The notes: generated from the letters alone by a model not told the origin. Numbered from the stretch's first letter, positions 46,782 through 55,859 are shown. The stretch is DNA of 64,000 nucleotides from Phycisphaerales bacterium (GCA_029247205.1 JAQWLT010000040.1:546-64545), one strand, 5' to 3'. A program made the numbers and translations.

Positions 46782-47783
46782 ATGATTCCCCGCATGCCAT
46801 TTCTGTCGCACATAGTTCTATTGCTTTGTTGTCTGATCGCGAGCAGTTGCACGCCCGTCACGCAGACTTCGTCAAAGGTCGGCTCTACCGATGGAACCTC
46901 CCGCGAGCGGGCCACTGCTGTACTGAACGAGGCCGTCCAGTCGCAGGTGGCACTTGTGCGCGCCAATGCGATCGAGATGTTGCAACCTGCGGTTGAACCA
47001 CTTCGAGTTGCGGTGCAGCGAGGGCTCGTCGATCCAAATCGAGGTGTGCGCTTTGCTGCTGCGATGGCCCTTGGCCGCCAGAAACTCTGCGGTATTTGCG
47101 ACTTGGTTCGGCCACTTCTTGATGATCCTTCCGATAGCGTTCGCGCTGCCGCAATCTTCGCGCTTGCTGTATGCGGCAAGGAGGTGGACCAGTCACCGCT
47201 TGCAGACATGGTGTTGGGGCCAGACCGCTCGGTTCGTGCCAACGCGGCATTGGTTATTGGCGAGATCGGAAATCCATCGGCATCGGTCCTCTTGCGGGAG
47301 GCGATGCGACGTCCGCTGCAGATGGAAGATCCCGAGGTCGTGCGTGCGTCTGAATTGGGATTGGCCGAGGCCTTGGTTCGATTGGGCGAACGGCGGCATT
47401 TAGAGACAATTCGTGCAGCTTTTTTCGCGCCTGCCTCACAGGCAGAATTAACCGCCTTGGCCTCTCAAATGGCTGGACGGCTTGGAGACCGTACGCTGGT
47501 CCCAGCGATGGCTGCTTTGGCGATGGCTGAGGGTCCGCGGCAAGCGGGGCCCGAGTTGCGACTCATTGCAGCAGAGGCACTTGGTCGAATTGATCGTGAA
47601 ATGGCCATGCCTGGGCTGGCCCTGCAATTCAGCAACGATCGGATGGCTCAGGTGCGAATGCAGGCCGCATTTGTGCTTGCGTGGGACAGATCTGCCCGTG
47701 GTCAACGAGAATTGGAGCGATTGCTGGACGATCCAGAGCCTCGCGTCCGGGTGGCAGCCGCTGGGGCATTGCTGAAACGATGA
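46782..47783 (+). CDS. HEAT/armadillo-repeat putative lipoprotein
   Basis: Start at ATG 46782, 2 nt after the lnt stop. 'MIPRMPFLSHIVLLLCCLIASSC' resembles a lipoprotein signal peptide with a lipobox Cys. The body has repeated 'D..VR..AA.ALG' HEAT-like units ('DPNRGVRFAAAMALG', 'DPSDSVRAAAIFAL', 'GPDRSVRANAALVIG', 'DPEPRVRVAAAGAL'). Confidence 0.6.
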   Translation: MIPRMPFLSHIVLLLCCLIASSCTPVTQTSSKVGSTDGTSRERATAVLNEAVQSQVALVRANAIEMLQPAVEPLRVAVQRGLVDPNRGVRFAAAMALGRQKLCGICDLVRPLLDDPSDSVRAAAIFALAVCGKEVDQSPLADMVLGPDRSVRANAALVIGEIGNPSASVLLREAMRRPLQMEDPEVVRASELGLAEALVRLGERRHLETIRAAFFAPASQAELTALASQMAGRLGDRTLVPAMAALAMAEGPRQAGPELRLIAAEALGRIDREMAMPGLALQFSNDRMAQVRMQAAFVLAWDRSARGQRELERLLDDPEPRVRVAAAGALLKR

Positions 47784-47802
47784 CTTGTCGTAGCACTTTG
47801 GA

Positions 47803-47831
47803 TTGACACCCAACGTCTGAGGACGTACAAA
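47803..47831 (+). promoter_or_regulatory. candidate sigma70-like promoter (TTGACA - 17 nt - TACAAA)
   Basis: TTGACA at 47803-47808, a 17-nt spacer, then TACAAA at 47826-47831, about 55 nt upstream of the 47887 start. Sequence pattern only. Confidence 0.3.
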
Positions 47832-47886
47832 ACAGGCTTCCCAAGCCCCGCGTGCGGGTTCAGGGGGTAAGGTTGAGAGGTACACA

Positions 47887-48777
47887 GTGCATATTCTGAC
47901 CAAGATGTTTGTCGTGTTGGTGTCCTTATTGGCCATATTCATGGTGCCGCTGGTTGTTGTTTCGACAATGAATCAAGAGCATTGGCGGCAAGATGCGCTG
48001 GATATGCAGACGCAAGTTTCAGCTGCCCAAGCGCAGCACCGAACAGGCCAGCAAACATTTCTTGCTCGCGAAGCGCAATTGAATGAACAGCTCGCCAAGT
48101 ACAGCCAAATGCAGCAGGCGCAAGTTGCTGAACTGGAAGCGTGTCGCATTGCTCGTGACGAAGCTGAGACTCGGCTGATCACAGCAGAGTCACGCATTGT
48201 GAGCCTTGATGGCGTGCAACGGACATTGTCCCAAGGCGTGAAGACTGCCGAGGAGCTCAACCGTAAGTTGGTGACGGATCTTGAGACATTGCGAGAGCGT
48301 GCATTAACCGCTGAGCGTCGTCGTGTGGAACTAGACGAGCGGCTTGCGGAGTTGGATAGTCAGTTGCAGGTTGCCGAGGCCGTGCAGCGAGCCCTTCGCG
48401 AGGAAAATACACAGTACAAACGTGATCAGCGCTCACTCGAAGCTGCAATTGGTGAGTACACCGCACGCTACGGTTCAATTGCTGGTGATGTACTTACGGC
48501 CGACGAGGGTATTGCCCCCGATCGCAATATCGAGGCCACCGTGCTTGACGTTGCTCGCTCATCAGAGCGGACTTTGGTGGAAATTGATGCCGGCTCACGA
48601 GACGGCGTGCAAGATGGATGGGTGATGACTGTTGGTAATGGCGGCACGTTTATTGGACGTCTGAGAATTATTCAGGTCGATCTCAATCGAGCAACTGGCG
48701 TGCTAACCCTTGAAAATGGCTCACGTGGCTTGGCCAAGAGCGGTCATCGGGCGTATGCCTTGGCAGGGCAGCACTGA
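47887..48777 (+). CDS. membrane-anchored coiled-coil protein with an MreC-like C-terminal beta-barrel
   Basis: N-terminal TM helix 'MFVVLVSLLAIFMVPLVVV', then about 170 aa of Gln/Glu/Arg/Leu heptad-like coiled coil. The C-terminal 'ATVLDVARSSERTLVEIDAGSRDGVQDGWVMTVGNGGTFIGRLRIIQVDLNRATGVL' follows the MreC barrel pattern (xVxxV...IDxGxxDGVxxG...GxV). GTG start with GAGAGG upstream. Confidence 0.55.
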   Translation: MHILTKMFVVLVSLLAIFMVPLVVVSTMNQEHWRQDALDMQTQVSAAQAQHRTGQQTFLAREAQLNEQLAKYSQMQQAQVAELEACRIARDEAETRLITAESRIVSLDGVQRTLSQGVKTAEELNRKLVTDLETLRERALTAERRRVELDERLAELDSQLQVAEAVQRALREENTQYKRDQRSLEAAIGEYTARYGSIAGDVLTADEGIAPDRNIEATVLDVARSSERTLVEIDAGSRDGVQDGWVMTVGNGGTFIGRLRIIQVDLNRATGVLTLENGSRGLAKSGHRAYALAGQH

Positions 48778-48779
48778 TC

Positions 48780-48959
48780 ATGAGTCGATTCGCCTCAGCA
48801 AGTGCCGCAAAGTCTGCTCCTGACGTCTTTACAGCCATCGCAGGCGTTGCGTGTCTCATCCTGATTCTTGGATGCGTATGGCTTGTCATGCATAATCTCG
48901 ACTTCTCGAGTTCCAAACAGGGCTCGGGCGACGGTGGAATCTTCAAGGTCCTCGACTAG
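48780..48959 (+). CDS. 59-aa single-pass membrane micro-protein (below the track cutoff)
   Basis: ATG at 48780 lies 2 nt after the upstream TGA. Hand translation: MSRFASASAAKSAPDVFTAIAGVACLILILGCVWLVMHNLDFSSSKQGSGDGGIFKVLD, then stop TAG 48957-48959. It has one clear TM helix. Tight spacing and the shared strand with its neighbours support expression. Confidence 0.4.
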   Translation: MSRFASASAAKSAPDVFTAIAGVACLILILGCVWLVMHNLDFSSSKQGSGDGGIFKVLD

Positions 48960-49045
48960 TCGGCCTTGGTTTGGGGTGGAGCAATACGCCCGCTTTCCAT
49001 CTCGAGACTATGATGCCGCCTATCCTGAGCGGAGGGTTTTGACTC

Positions 49046-50095
49046 GTGTTTGAACGAATACTTGGTTGGTTCAGTGTCGATATGGGTATCGACCTCGGAA
49101 CCTGCAACACCTTGGTGGCTGTGCGTGGCGAGGGCATTCTGCTGAATGAACCCTCGGTTGTGGCGGTTCGCAAAGGGACCAATCGCGTCCTGAATAATGG
49201 CAACGCTGTTGGCTGGCAGGCAAAAGAAATGCTTGGCAAGACGCCGGGATCAATTAGTGCGATTCGCCCACTCAAGGATGGCGTGATCAGCGACTTTGAG
49301 ATTACCGAGGCGATGCTGTCGTACTTCATTCGCAAGGCGACAGGTCGTGCACGGATTATTAGTCCACGCGTCGTCATCGCAGTGCCGAGTGGAATTACCG
49401 CTGTCGAGAAGCGAGCCGTCCTTGATTCCGCGGAGCGTGCCGGTGCGCGGCGCGTGTATCTCGTGGAAGAGCCGATGGCAGCTGGCATCGGCGCCGGCCT
49501 ACCCATTGCAGAGCCGACCGCATCAATGGTTGTTGATATTGGTGGCGGCACGACCGAGGTGGCGATCATGTCGCTCGCTGATATTGCGACATGCGAGTCG
49601 GTTCGCGTTGCTGGTGATGACTTCGATGAAGCGATCATCCACCATATGAAAAAGACGTACAACATCACGATTGGCGAGCAGACGTCTGAGCGGATCAAGA
49701 TCGAGATTGGCTCGGCAGCCCAGATTGGCGATGAGACAACACTTGAGGTTCGAGGTCGTGACAACCTCACGGGCCTGCCTTGCAAAACCGAAATAACGAG
49801 CCAAGAGATTCGCGAAGCCTTGCAAGAGCCCATTCGAGCCATCGTTGATGCCGTTAAGCGAACACTTGAGCGAGCAGAGCCGGAACTTGCTGCTGATCTT
49901 GTTGATAATGGCATTTGCCTTGTTGGTGGGGGGGCTTTGCTGAAGGGCTTGGATGTCGTCATCCAACAAGAGACCGGTTTGGATGTCACCATCGCAGATG
50001 ATCCGCTGACCTGTGTGGCCCGCGGCACCAGTATCTATCTCGAGAACCTCGAGGACTGGAAGGCGACGATGGAGTCCGACGCCGACGAGCTCTGA
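49046..50095 (+). CDS. mreB: rod shape-determining actin homologue MreB
   Basis: GTG start with GGAGGG 9 nt upstream. 'DMGIDLGTCNTLVA', 'VVIAVPSGITAVEKRAV', 'DIGGGTTEVA' and 'GICLVGGGALLKGLD' are canonical MreB/actin-fold phosphate and adenosine motifs. Confidence 0.95.
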   Translation: MFERILGWFSVDMGIDLGTCNTLVAVRGEGILLNEPSVVAVRKGTNRVLNNGNAVGWQAKEMLGKTPGSISAIRPLKDGVISDFEITEAMLSYFIRKATGRARIISPRVVIAVPSGITAVEKRAVLDSAERAGARRVYLVEEPMAAGIGAGLPIAEPTASMVVDIGGGTTEVAIMSLADIATCESVRVAGDDFDEAIIHHMKKTYNITIGEQTSERIKIEIGSAAQIGDETTLEVRGRDNLTGLPCKTEITSQEIREALQEPIRAIVDAVKRTLERAEPELAADLVDNGICLVGGGALLKGLDVVIQQETGLDVTIADDPLTCVARGTSIYLENLEDWKATMESDADEL

Positions 50096-50117
50096 TGGCA
50101 CTGATTGGACGAAACGA

Positions 50118-50981
50118 ATGAAGACAAGGCCTGGCGGCGGACTGCTGCTTGTCCTGTTATTGACGATCGGATCGTCGATTGCACCCGCGTCGTGGCTTGG
50201 GTGGACGGCTGACGTGGCCGATGTTGTGCGTGCACCAATCATGCCTGTGTCTCGCTTTGGCACTTCACTTGCATCTTGGCTGCGTCCGCCCCGAGATCTT
50301 GAAGGTCGCCCTGTGAATGAGGCTGAGATTGATCAACTTCGGCGAGATCGTGATCGATTCGAACAGTTGTGGCAATCGCAGCGTGTTCGCGCTGATGGTT
50401 TCGCTCGTCAACTTCGCCAACTGGAAGGTCTGCCAGATGCAGCGTTGCGTTCGCCTCACCCACCGCTTGTTGTGGAGGCGGATATCACCGGGCGTGACCC
50501 ATCCGACCCACGATCACCGATCGAATTGCGAATGCCCCGTGATGGAGGAGAGCGGCTTGCGGTCGGTGATGTCGCCGTCTGGAATGGTCAGCAAGTGCTT
50601 GGTCGGCTCAGTCACGTCTCACCCGTGCGATTGATGGTATTGCCACTGTCAAACCCGGAGAGTGGACCTATTGAAGTCGTACCCGCACACACTTCGGCGG
50701 GTACGTACATGCCTCGCATGTTGCTGCGGCAAGAAGGCCGTGGTTTGCTTGTCGCCGATATCGATCGGCGTGTTGTATTGGAGCCTGGCGCTAGACTTGT
50801 TCTGGCCGATCATCGCTGGCCTGCGTGGGCGCAAGGGCTTGGGATTGCCATTGTCGTTGGCATTGAGGCGTTGGATGAAGCCCCGCTTCGCCAGCGGATC
50901 ATTGCCCGGCCAGCGGTCGATGCTCCAGCGGTATCGCGTGTGTCACTGCTCTCTGCAAGCAAACAGGGTGAAGTTCCATGA
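50118..50981 (+). CDS. mreC: rod shape-determining protein MreC
   Basis: Start trimmed to ATG 50118 ('MKTRPGGGLLLVLLLTIGSS', TM anchor). A short coiled coil ('EIDQLRRDRDRFEQLWQSQ') is followed by beta-barrel segments ('LAVGDVAVWNGQQVLGRLSHVSPVRLMVLPLSN'). Sits between mreB and mreD. Confidence 0.8.
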   Translation: MKTRPGGGLLLVLLLTIGSSIAPASWLGWTADVADVVRAPIMPVSRFGTSLASWLRPPRDLEGRPVNEAEIDQLRRDRDRFEQLWQSQRVRADGFARQLRQLEGLPDAALRSPHPPLVVEADITGRDPSDPRSPIELRMPRDGGERLAVGDVAVWNGQQVLGRLSHVSPVRLMVLPLSNPESGPIEVVPAHTSAGTYMPRMLLRQEGRGLLVADIDRRVVLEPGARLVLADHRWPAWAQGLGIAIVVGIEALDEAPLRQRIIARPAVDAPAVSRVSLLSASKQGEVP

Positions 50982-51559
50982 GGTGGTGGATCTTTCTGAT
51001 CATGGCCATTGTGGCTATTGGGCTCGATTCTGGGCTCGTTGGTGTCTTCACGCTGCGTGGTCTTGGCTACGCGACGCCCTCTATTGCCGCGTGCTTACTT
51101 GGCTTCATTGCCCTGCAGGCTCGTCCACGTACGGTTTTGTGGGCCGCATGGATCATCGGGATCATGCTCGACCTTTCGCCCGGCTCGGCTGGGGCAGCTG
51201 GTGGCATTCCAGTCATTGGCCCAAAGACAATTGCTGCGATCGCAGCGGCTCAGGTTGTATTGCTGTTGCGGCCCGTTGTGTTTCGGCGGCGAATCATCAC
51301 CATTGCCGTCATCGGCGGTGTGGTGGCGGTTTGTCTCGGACTCGGTAACGCGGCAGTCGAAACGGTGCGTTGGTGGATGCCGTGGACGCATGCGCTCGCG
51401 CCACCGCCAGCGAGTACACGGCTGACCACGATTGGCTTCAGCGCGATCTACACGATTCTGATCGGTCTGCCGCTTGCCGGTCTACTGATTGGTACGAGTG
51501 GCTGGTGGCGATTTGGCGCGGCACCTGGTCGCCTTGACTATGCTGCATCACGCCGCTGA
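50978..51559 (+). CDS. mreD: rod shape-determining protein MreD
   Basis: ATGA overlap with mreC. 193-aa polytopic membrane protein ('MRWWIFLIMAIVAIGLDSGL...', 'IIGIMLDL'). The call rests mainly on position and hydrophobic architecture. Confidence 0.7.
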   Translation: MRWWIFLIMAIVAIGLDSGLVGVFTLRGLGYATPSIAACLLGFIALQARPRTVLWAAWIIGIMLDLSPGSAGAAGGIPVIGPKTIAAIAAAQVVLLLRPVVFRRRIITIAVIGGVVAVCLGLGNAAVETVRWWMPWTHALAPPPASTRLTTIGFSAIYTILIGLPLAGLLIGTSGWWRFGAAPGRLDYAASRR

Positions 51560-51586
51560 ACAACGCTTTGTCCAAAGGGAGCCCAC

Positions 51587-52768
51587 ATGTCGGATCTACT
51601 GATCTTTGATGATGGCGAGGGCCAGTTTGGCCCATTAACCGAAATGCGTTCTGTTGTATCGCTTCGAACTGGAGCAGTGACGACGCTTGAACGGATTGAG
51701 CGAACGCTTGGGCGATTTGCGAGTGGTTTCATCGTTCCAGACTCCGCTGCCGGTCCGCTGCGGGCAAGAGTCAGTGTGCGTGTTAACGAGCCAGCTTCCA
51801 AGCCAGCTTTATGTGTGAGCGGCCGTTGGTGGGGGGTTGGAGAGTTGCCAGATCTGAGCGTGTCGCAAGCGGCAATGGTTGGCGATGCGGTGCTCGCAGC
51901 TAAACTCTTGCCAGCGGATGCGGACACTTTTACACAAAGTTGTAAGTTGCCAGAACATGTAGAGCGAGTGTCGGTCGAAGATACGTTGTACTGCCGGCCA
52001 TGGGACATTTTGACTCATTTGCCCGAAGTGCTTGCAGTTGATCTTGCCTGTGCCGGGCTTCCATCTCCATCGGTTGAGCCCGCTACGCTCGTGGGCGAAC
52101 ATCCTGCGCACATTGATGAGTCAGTATCAGTCTTTCCAGGTGTCGTCCTCGATACGACTGGCGGCGCCATTGTCGTCGAGGCTGGTGCGACCCTGCGTCC
52201 TCATGCAGTGCTCTGCGGTCCATGTTGGATCGGTCGAGATTCCACTGTCGTGGACGGCGCGCTCATTCGGGCGAATGCCGTCATCGGGCCGAGTTGTAAA
52301 GTAGGTGGAGAAATCGGCGCAAGTATTTTGCAGGGCTGGTCAAATAAGGCGCATTCGGGTTATCTGGGCGACAGCATTCTTGGACAGTGGGTCAATCTTG
52401 GCGCTGGAACCAATTCATCCAACCTGCTGAATACTTATAGCGAGACATCTGTCCGCTTGACGCCGAAGTCTTCAAGAGAGCGGACCGGCCGAAACTTCTG
52501 CGGTGCAATTATTGGCGACCATGTCAAAACGGCCATTGGCACCATGCTTATGACAGGAACCTCGGTTGGCACAGGAAGCATGATCGCATGTAGTTCTCAT
52601 GCGCCATCTACACTCGGGCCACTTCGATGGGTAACGGACGCTGGCGAAAAACCATATCGAATCGAACGATTTCTGAGTACGGCCCGTGCGATGATGGCCC
52701 GTCGTGATCGCGAACTCGAGCCTGCCGATGAAGCCAGGCTTCGCGAGATCTCCGAGTCAGCTACATGA
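51587..52768 (+). CDS. putative sugar nucleotidyltransferase with left-handed beta-helix (GlmU-like, alt_bact_glmU type)
   Basis: 'LLIFDDGEGQFGPLTEMRSVVSLRTG' N-terminal domain, followed by hexapeptide repeats ('VVLDTTGGAIVVEAGATLRPHAVLCGPCWIGRDSTVVDGALIRANAVIGPSCKVGGEI') and 'GYLGDSILGQWVNLGAGTNSSNL'. Confidence 0.6.
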   Translation: MSDLLIFDDGEGQFGPLTEMRSVVSLRTGAVTTLERIERTLGRFASGFIVPDSAAGPLRARVSVRVNEPASKPALCVSGRWWGVGELPDLSVSQAAMVGDAVLAAKLLPADADTFTQSCKLPEHVERVSVEDTLYCRPWDILTHLPEVLAVDLACAGLPSPSVEPATLVGEHPAHIDESVSVFPGVVLDTTGGAIVVEAGATLRPHAVLCGPCWIGRDSTVVDGALIRANAVIGPSCKVGGEIGASILQGWSNKAHSGYLGDSILGQWVNLGAGTNSSNLLNTYSETSVRLTPKSSRERTGRNFCGAIIGDHVKTAIGTMLMTGTSVGTGSMIACSSHAPSTLGPLRWVTDAGEKPYRIERFLSTARAMMARRDRELEPADEARLREISESAT

Positions 52769-55572
52769 GTGAAACGATCTGCGTGATCGACGGCTACTCA
52801 CAGTTCTTCCGCGCGTACTACGCGAGGCGGCCGTATCAGAGTTCGTCGGTGACCAAGGAACCAACCAAGTTGGTTGCTGGGTTTCTCGATATTCTTATGC
52901 ACCTACTCGAAGCGAGGAAGCCCGATTATTTAGTTGTGGCGCTCGATGTATCGAGTGATACCGGGACATTTCGCACTGAGATCGATCCCGAATACAAGAT
53001 GAATCGCGAGAAGGCGCCGGATGACTTTCATCCACAGGTGGTGCGGTGCTTGCAACTATTGGAGGCCATGGGCATTCCCATTTTGGGAGTCGAAGGTGCT
53101 GAGGCCGACGACGTGATCGCCACTCTGGCAACCCGATTGGAGAGAGACCAGCCAGAGCTCAACGTGACAGTGATCTCGGCTGATAAGGATTTGGCCCAGA
53201 TCATCAACCCTCGGACTGAGATCTATGACCCACAGCGAGATGTGCAGCGTACGCCGGAGGACATTTTCAAAACCGAGGGGGTCAAGGCGCACCATGTGGT
53301 TGATGTCTTGTCATTGATGGGCGACTCGGTCGACAATATCCCTGGTGTTCCAGGCATTGGGCCGAAGACTGCGGCCAAACTCATTCTGCAATACGGAACA
53401 ATCGAAGGCATTTATGAACACCTCGATGAGATCAAAGGCAAACGCCGTGAGAATCTTGAAGGTGCCCTACCTCGGCTGATACTGAATAGGGAACTCGTGA
53501 CACTTCGAGACGATCTTGACTTTGAGTTTGTGCTTGAGGATGCTCGGTGCGACCTGGCAGACTTGCCAATTGCAAGTATTCGACCACTCTTGAAGGAACT
53601 CGACTTCCGCCGTGCGCCAGATCGTTTGGCAGCACTTGCAAAGGCGGCGAGGCCGATCTCCGACGATACCTCGCTCGATGCAGGCACGTTATGGGCCGAT
53701 CAAGATGCCGACGGAACGCTTCGGCCGGCTGACCCCAAGGCAGCCTATGAAGCCGTTCTCGATGCCAAGAGTTTGGCCAAGGTTGTGCAGCAGGCAAGAG
53801 CAGCGGGGACGATTGCATTTGATGTCGAGACAACTGGGGTTGATCCCATGCGGCATGTGCTCTGCGGTGTGTCGCTTGCGTGGAAGCAGGGCGCCGCTGT
53901 CTATATACCAATCCGATCGCCTGAGCCGCAGACACACCTTGGCGAAGCTGAAGTGATTGAAGCGTTGCGACCACTGCTGGAAGATCCGAAGGTCACCAAG
54001 GTTGCACACAACGCAAAGTTTGATCTCAATGTGCTGCTCGTGGCGGGGCTACGAGTTGCCGACCCTGTTCGAGACACGATGATCGCCTCCTATGTCGCCG
54101 ATGCAACACGGTCAAGCCACCGAATGGATGCGCTTGCGTTGGGCGAACTCAATCTCGACTGTATTCCGATTCGTTCTCTGATCGGCTCAGGAAAGTCACA
54201 GCGTACATTTGACACCGTTTCACTTGATCGAGCGGTGCCATACGCGGCGGAGGATGCAGACATCACGCTTCGGCTCATGCAGCCAATTGAGCAAGCCGTC
54301 GCTGACGAGCACATGATGCCGCTGCTTGATGATCTAGAACTCCCGCTTGTACGTGTGCTCGCTGATATGGAGTTCGCTGGAGTCCTCATTGATCCAGATG
54401 AACTTGATCGTCAGCGTTTACGGTTATCAGAGAAGTTGGAGGAACTAAAGAAATGCATTGCGGACGCCTCGCCATGCCCGCTCAACCCCGACTCGCCTAA
54501 GCAACTTGCTGCGGCACTCTTTAACGATCCGGGTGCGGATCCGCCGGGCCTTGGACTGAAGCCAATCAAGCGACGAAAGACTGGTCCGTCAACCGATGTC
54601 GAAGTCTTGAAAAAACTTGAGGCGGACCAAGAGATCGAGACGCCTCTTCCAGGATTCATTCTGCGGTATCGTCAACTTACCAAACTCATCAATACCTACT
54701 TGGTGTCGCTTAAGGAGAGCATCAATCCTCGGACTGCTCGCGTGCACGCCAAGTTCAATCAGACTGTGACCGCTACGGGTCGACTCAGCAGCAGCGATCC
54801 GAATTTGCAGAATATTCCCATTCGCAGCGACAACGGGCGTGATATTCGTCGTGCCTTTGTTGCAGCGGATAACTGTGTACTTGTGACGGCGGACTACTCG
54901 CAGGTTGAGTTGCGGTTGTTAGCGCATTTGTCGGGTGATGTTGCATTACGGCAGGCTTTTCTTGATGGCGAGGATATTCATACAGCCGTTGCTTCTGAAG
55001 TGTTTTCGACTCCCCTTGACGAGGTCACCCGCGAGCAGCGGGGGGCAGCCAAGATGGTCAACTTTGGAATCGTCTACGGCATTACGCCTTACGGGCTCGC
55101 TCGGCAACTTGGTGAAGACACGGACATACCTCGAGCGGCCGCAATTATTCGAGATTATAAAGCCCGCTTCCCTGGCATCGATGCGTTCTTGATTGAATGC
55201 GTTGAGAAAGCTCGTAAGGATGGATATGTCGAGACACTGTGCGGCAGGCGTCGCCCTATTCTCGAGATCGACTCAGTCGACCAACAGCGTCAGTCACTTG
55301 CAGAACGACTTGCGATCAATTCCGTTGTGCAGGGAAGTGCTGCAGACCTGATCAAACGGGCAATGATCGATCTTCATGCAAAGCTGCCAACGATTGACTC
55401 TCGCACCAAATTGATCTTGCAAGTGCATGATGAACTTGTCGTTGAGACACCGGCTACCCATGCGGATCAAACGCGAGACACTTTAGTGAGATGCATGGAA
55501 CATGCGATGAACCTCGACGTGCCAATTGTTGTGGATGTGTCGGTTTCAAAAAGTTGGTACGACGCCAAATAA
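52765..55572 (+). CDS. polA: DNA polymerase I
   Basis: 935 aa. 5'-3' exonuclease ('GVEGAEADDVIATLA', 'SADKDLAQI'), 3'-5' exonuclease ('IAFDVETTG', 'KVAHNAKFDLNVL') and polymerase motifs A ('LVTADYSQVELRLLAHLS'), B ('RGAAKMVNFGIVYG') and C ('LQVHDELVVE'). Confidence 0.95.
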   Translation: MSETICVIDGYSQFFRAYYARRPYQSSSVTKEPTKLVAGFLDILMHLLEARKPDYLVVALDVSSDTGTFRTEIDPEYKMNREKAPDDFHPQVVRCLQLLEAMGIPILGVEGAEADDVIATLATRLERDQPELNVTVISADKDLAQIINPRTEIYDPQRDVQRTPEDIFKTEGVKAHHVVDVLSLMGDSVDNIPGVPGIGPKTAAKLILQYGTIEGIYEHLDEIKGKRRENLEGALPRLILNRELVTLRDDLDFEFVLEDARCDLADLPIASIRPLLKELDFRRAPDRLAALAKAARPISDDTSLDAGTLWADQDADGTLRPADPKAAYEAVLDAKSLAKVVQQARAAGTIAFDVETTGVDPMRHVLCGVSLAWKQGAAVYIPIRSPEPQTHLGEAEVIEALRPLLEDPKVTKVAHNAKFDLNVLLVAGLRVADPVRDTMIASYVADATRSSHRMDALALGELNLDCIPIRSLIGSGKSQRTFDTVSLDRAVPYAAEDADITLRLMQPIEQAVADEHMMPLLDDLELPLVRVLADMEFAGVLIDPDELDRQRLRLSEKLEELKKCIADASPCPLNPDSPKQLAAALFNDPGADPPGLGLKPIKRRKTGPSTDVEVLKKLEADQEIETPLPGFILRYRQLTKLINTYLVSLKESINPRTARVHAKFNQTVTATGRLSSSDPNLQNIPIRSDNGRDIRRAFVAADNCVLVTADYSQVELRLLAHLSGDVALRQAFLDGEDIHTAVASEVFSTPLDEVTREQRGAAKMVNFGIVYGITPYGLARQLGEDTDIPRAAAIIRDYKARFPGIDAFLIECVEKARKDGYVETLCGRRRPILEIDSVDQQRQSLAERLAINSVVQGSAADLIKRAMIDLHAKLPTIDSRTKLILQVHDELVVETPATHADQTRDTLVRCMEHAMNLDVPIVVDVSVSKSWYDAK

Positions 55573-55859
55573 ACGGGGTGTAAAAACACACGACGCCCGC
55601 CATCGGTCTGAGCCGGTGACGAACGTCTGAGTCCTTCTCCCCTCCGCAGGAGCCTGTAGGCGGTGGTCTCTCCTCCACACGCCATTGGTGGCCAACCTTC
55701 TCTTCTCTTCCCGAGGGTTGGTTGATTGTCAGTCGGTTCCACAATGACGCAAATTGAAATCAATGCAAGGGGGATTCTGTGAAATAGATGAGACGTTTTT
55801 TATCTCCTCCCACTTAGGAGGGTCCCATCTCTTCTCAAGCTGTAATCTGCTCATTCTTC

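Noticed and set aside
48943-50028. 361-aa ORF antisense to mreB
   Set aside because: The plus strand encodes a textbook MreB. The antisense product is Ser/Arg/Pro/Thr-rich and low in complexity. Shadow ORF.
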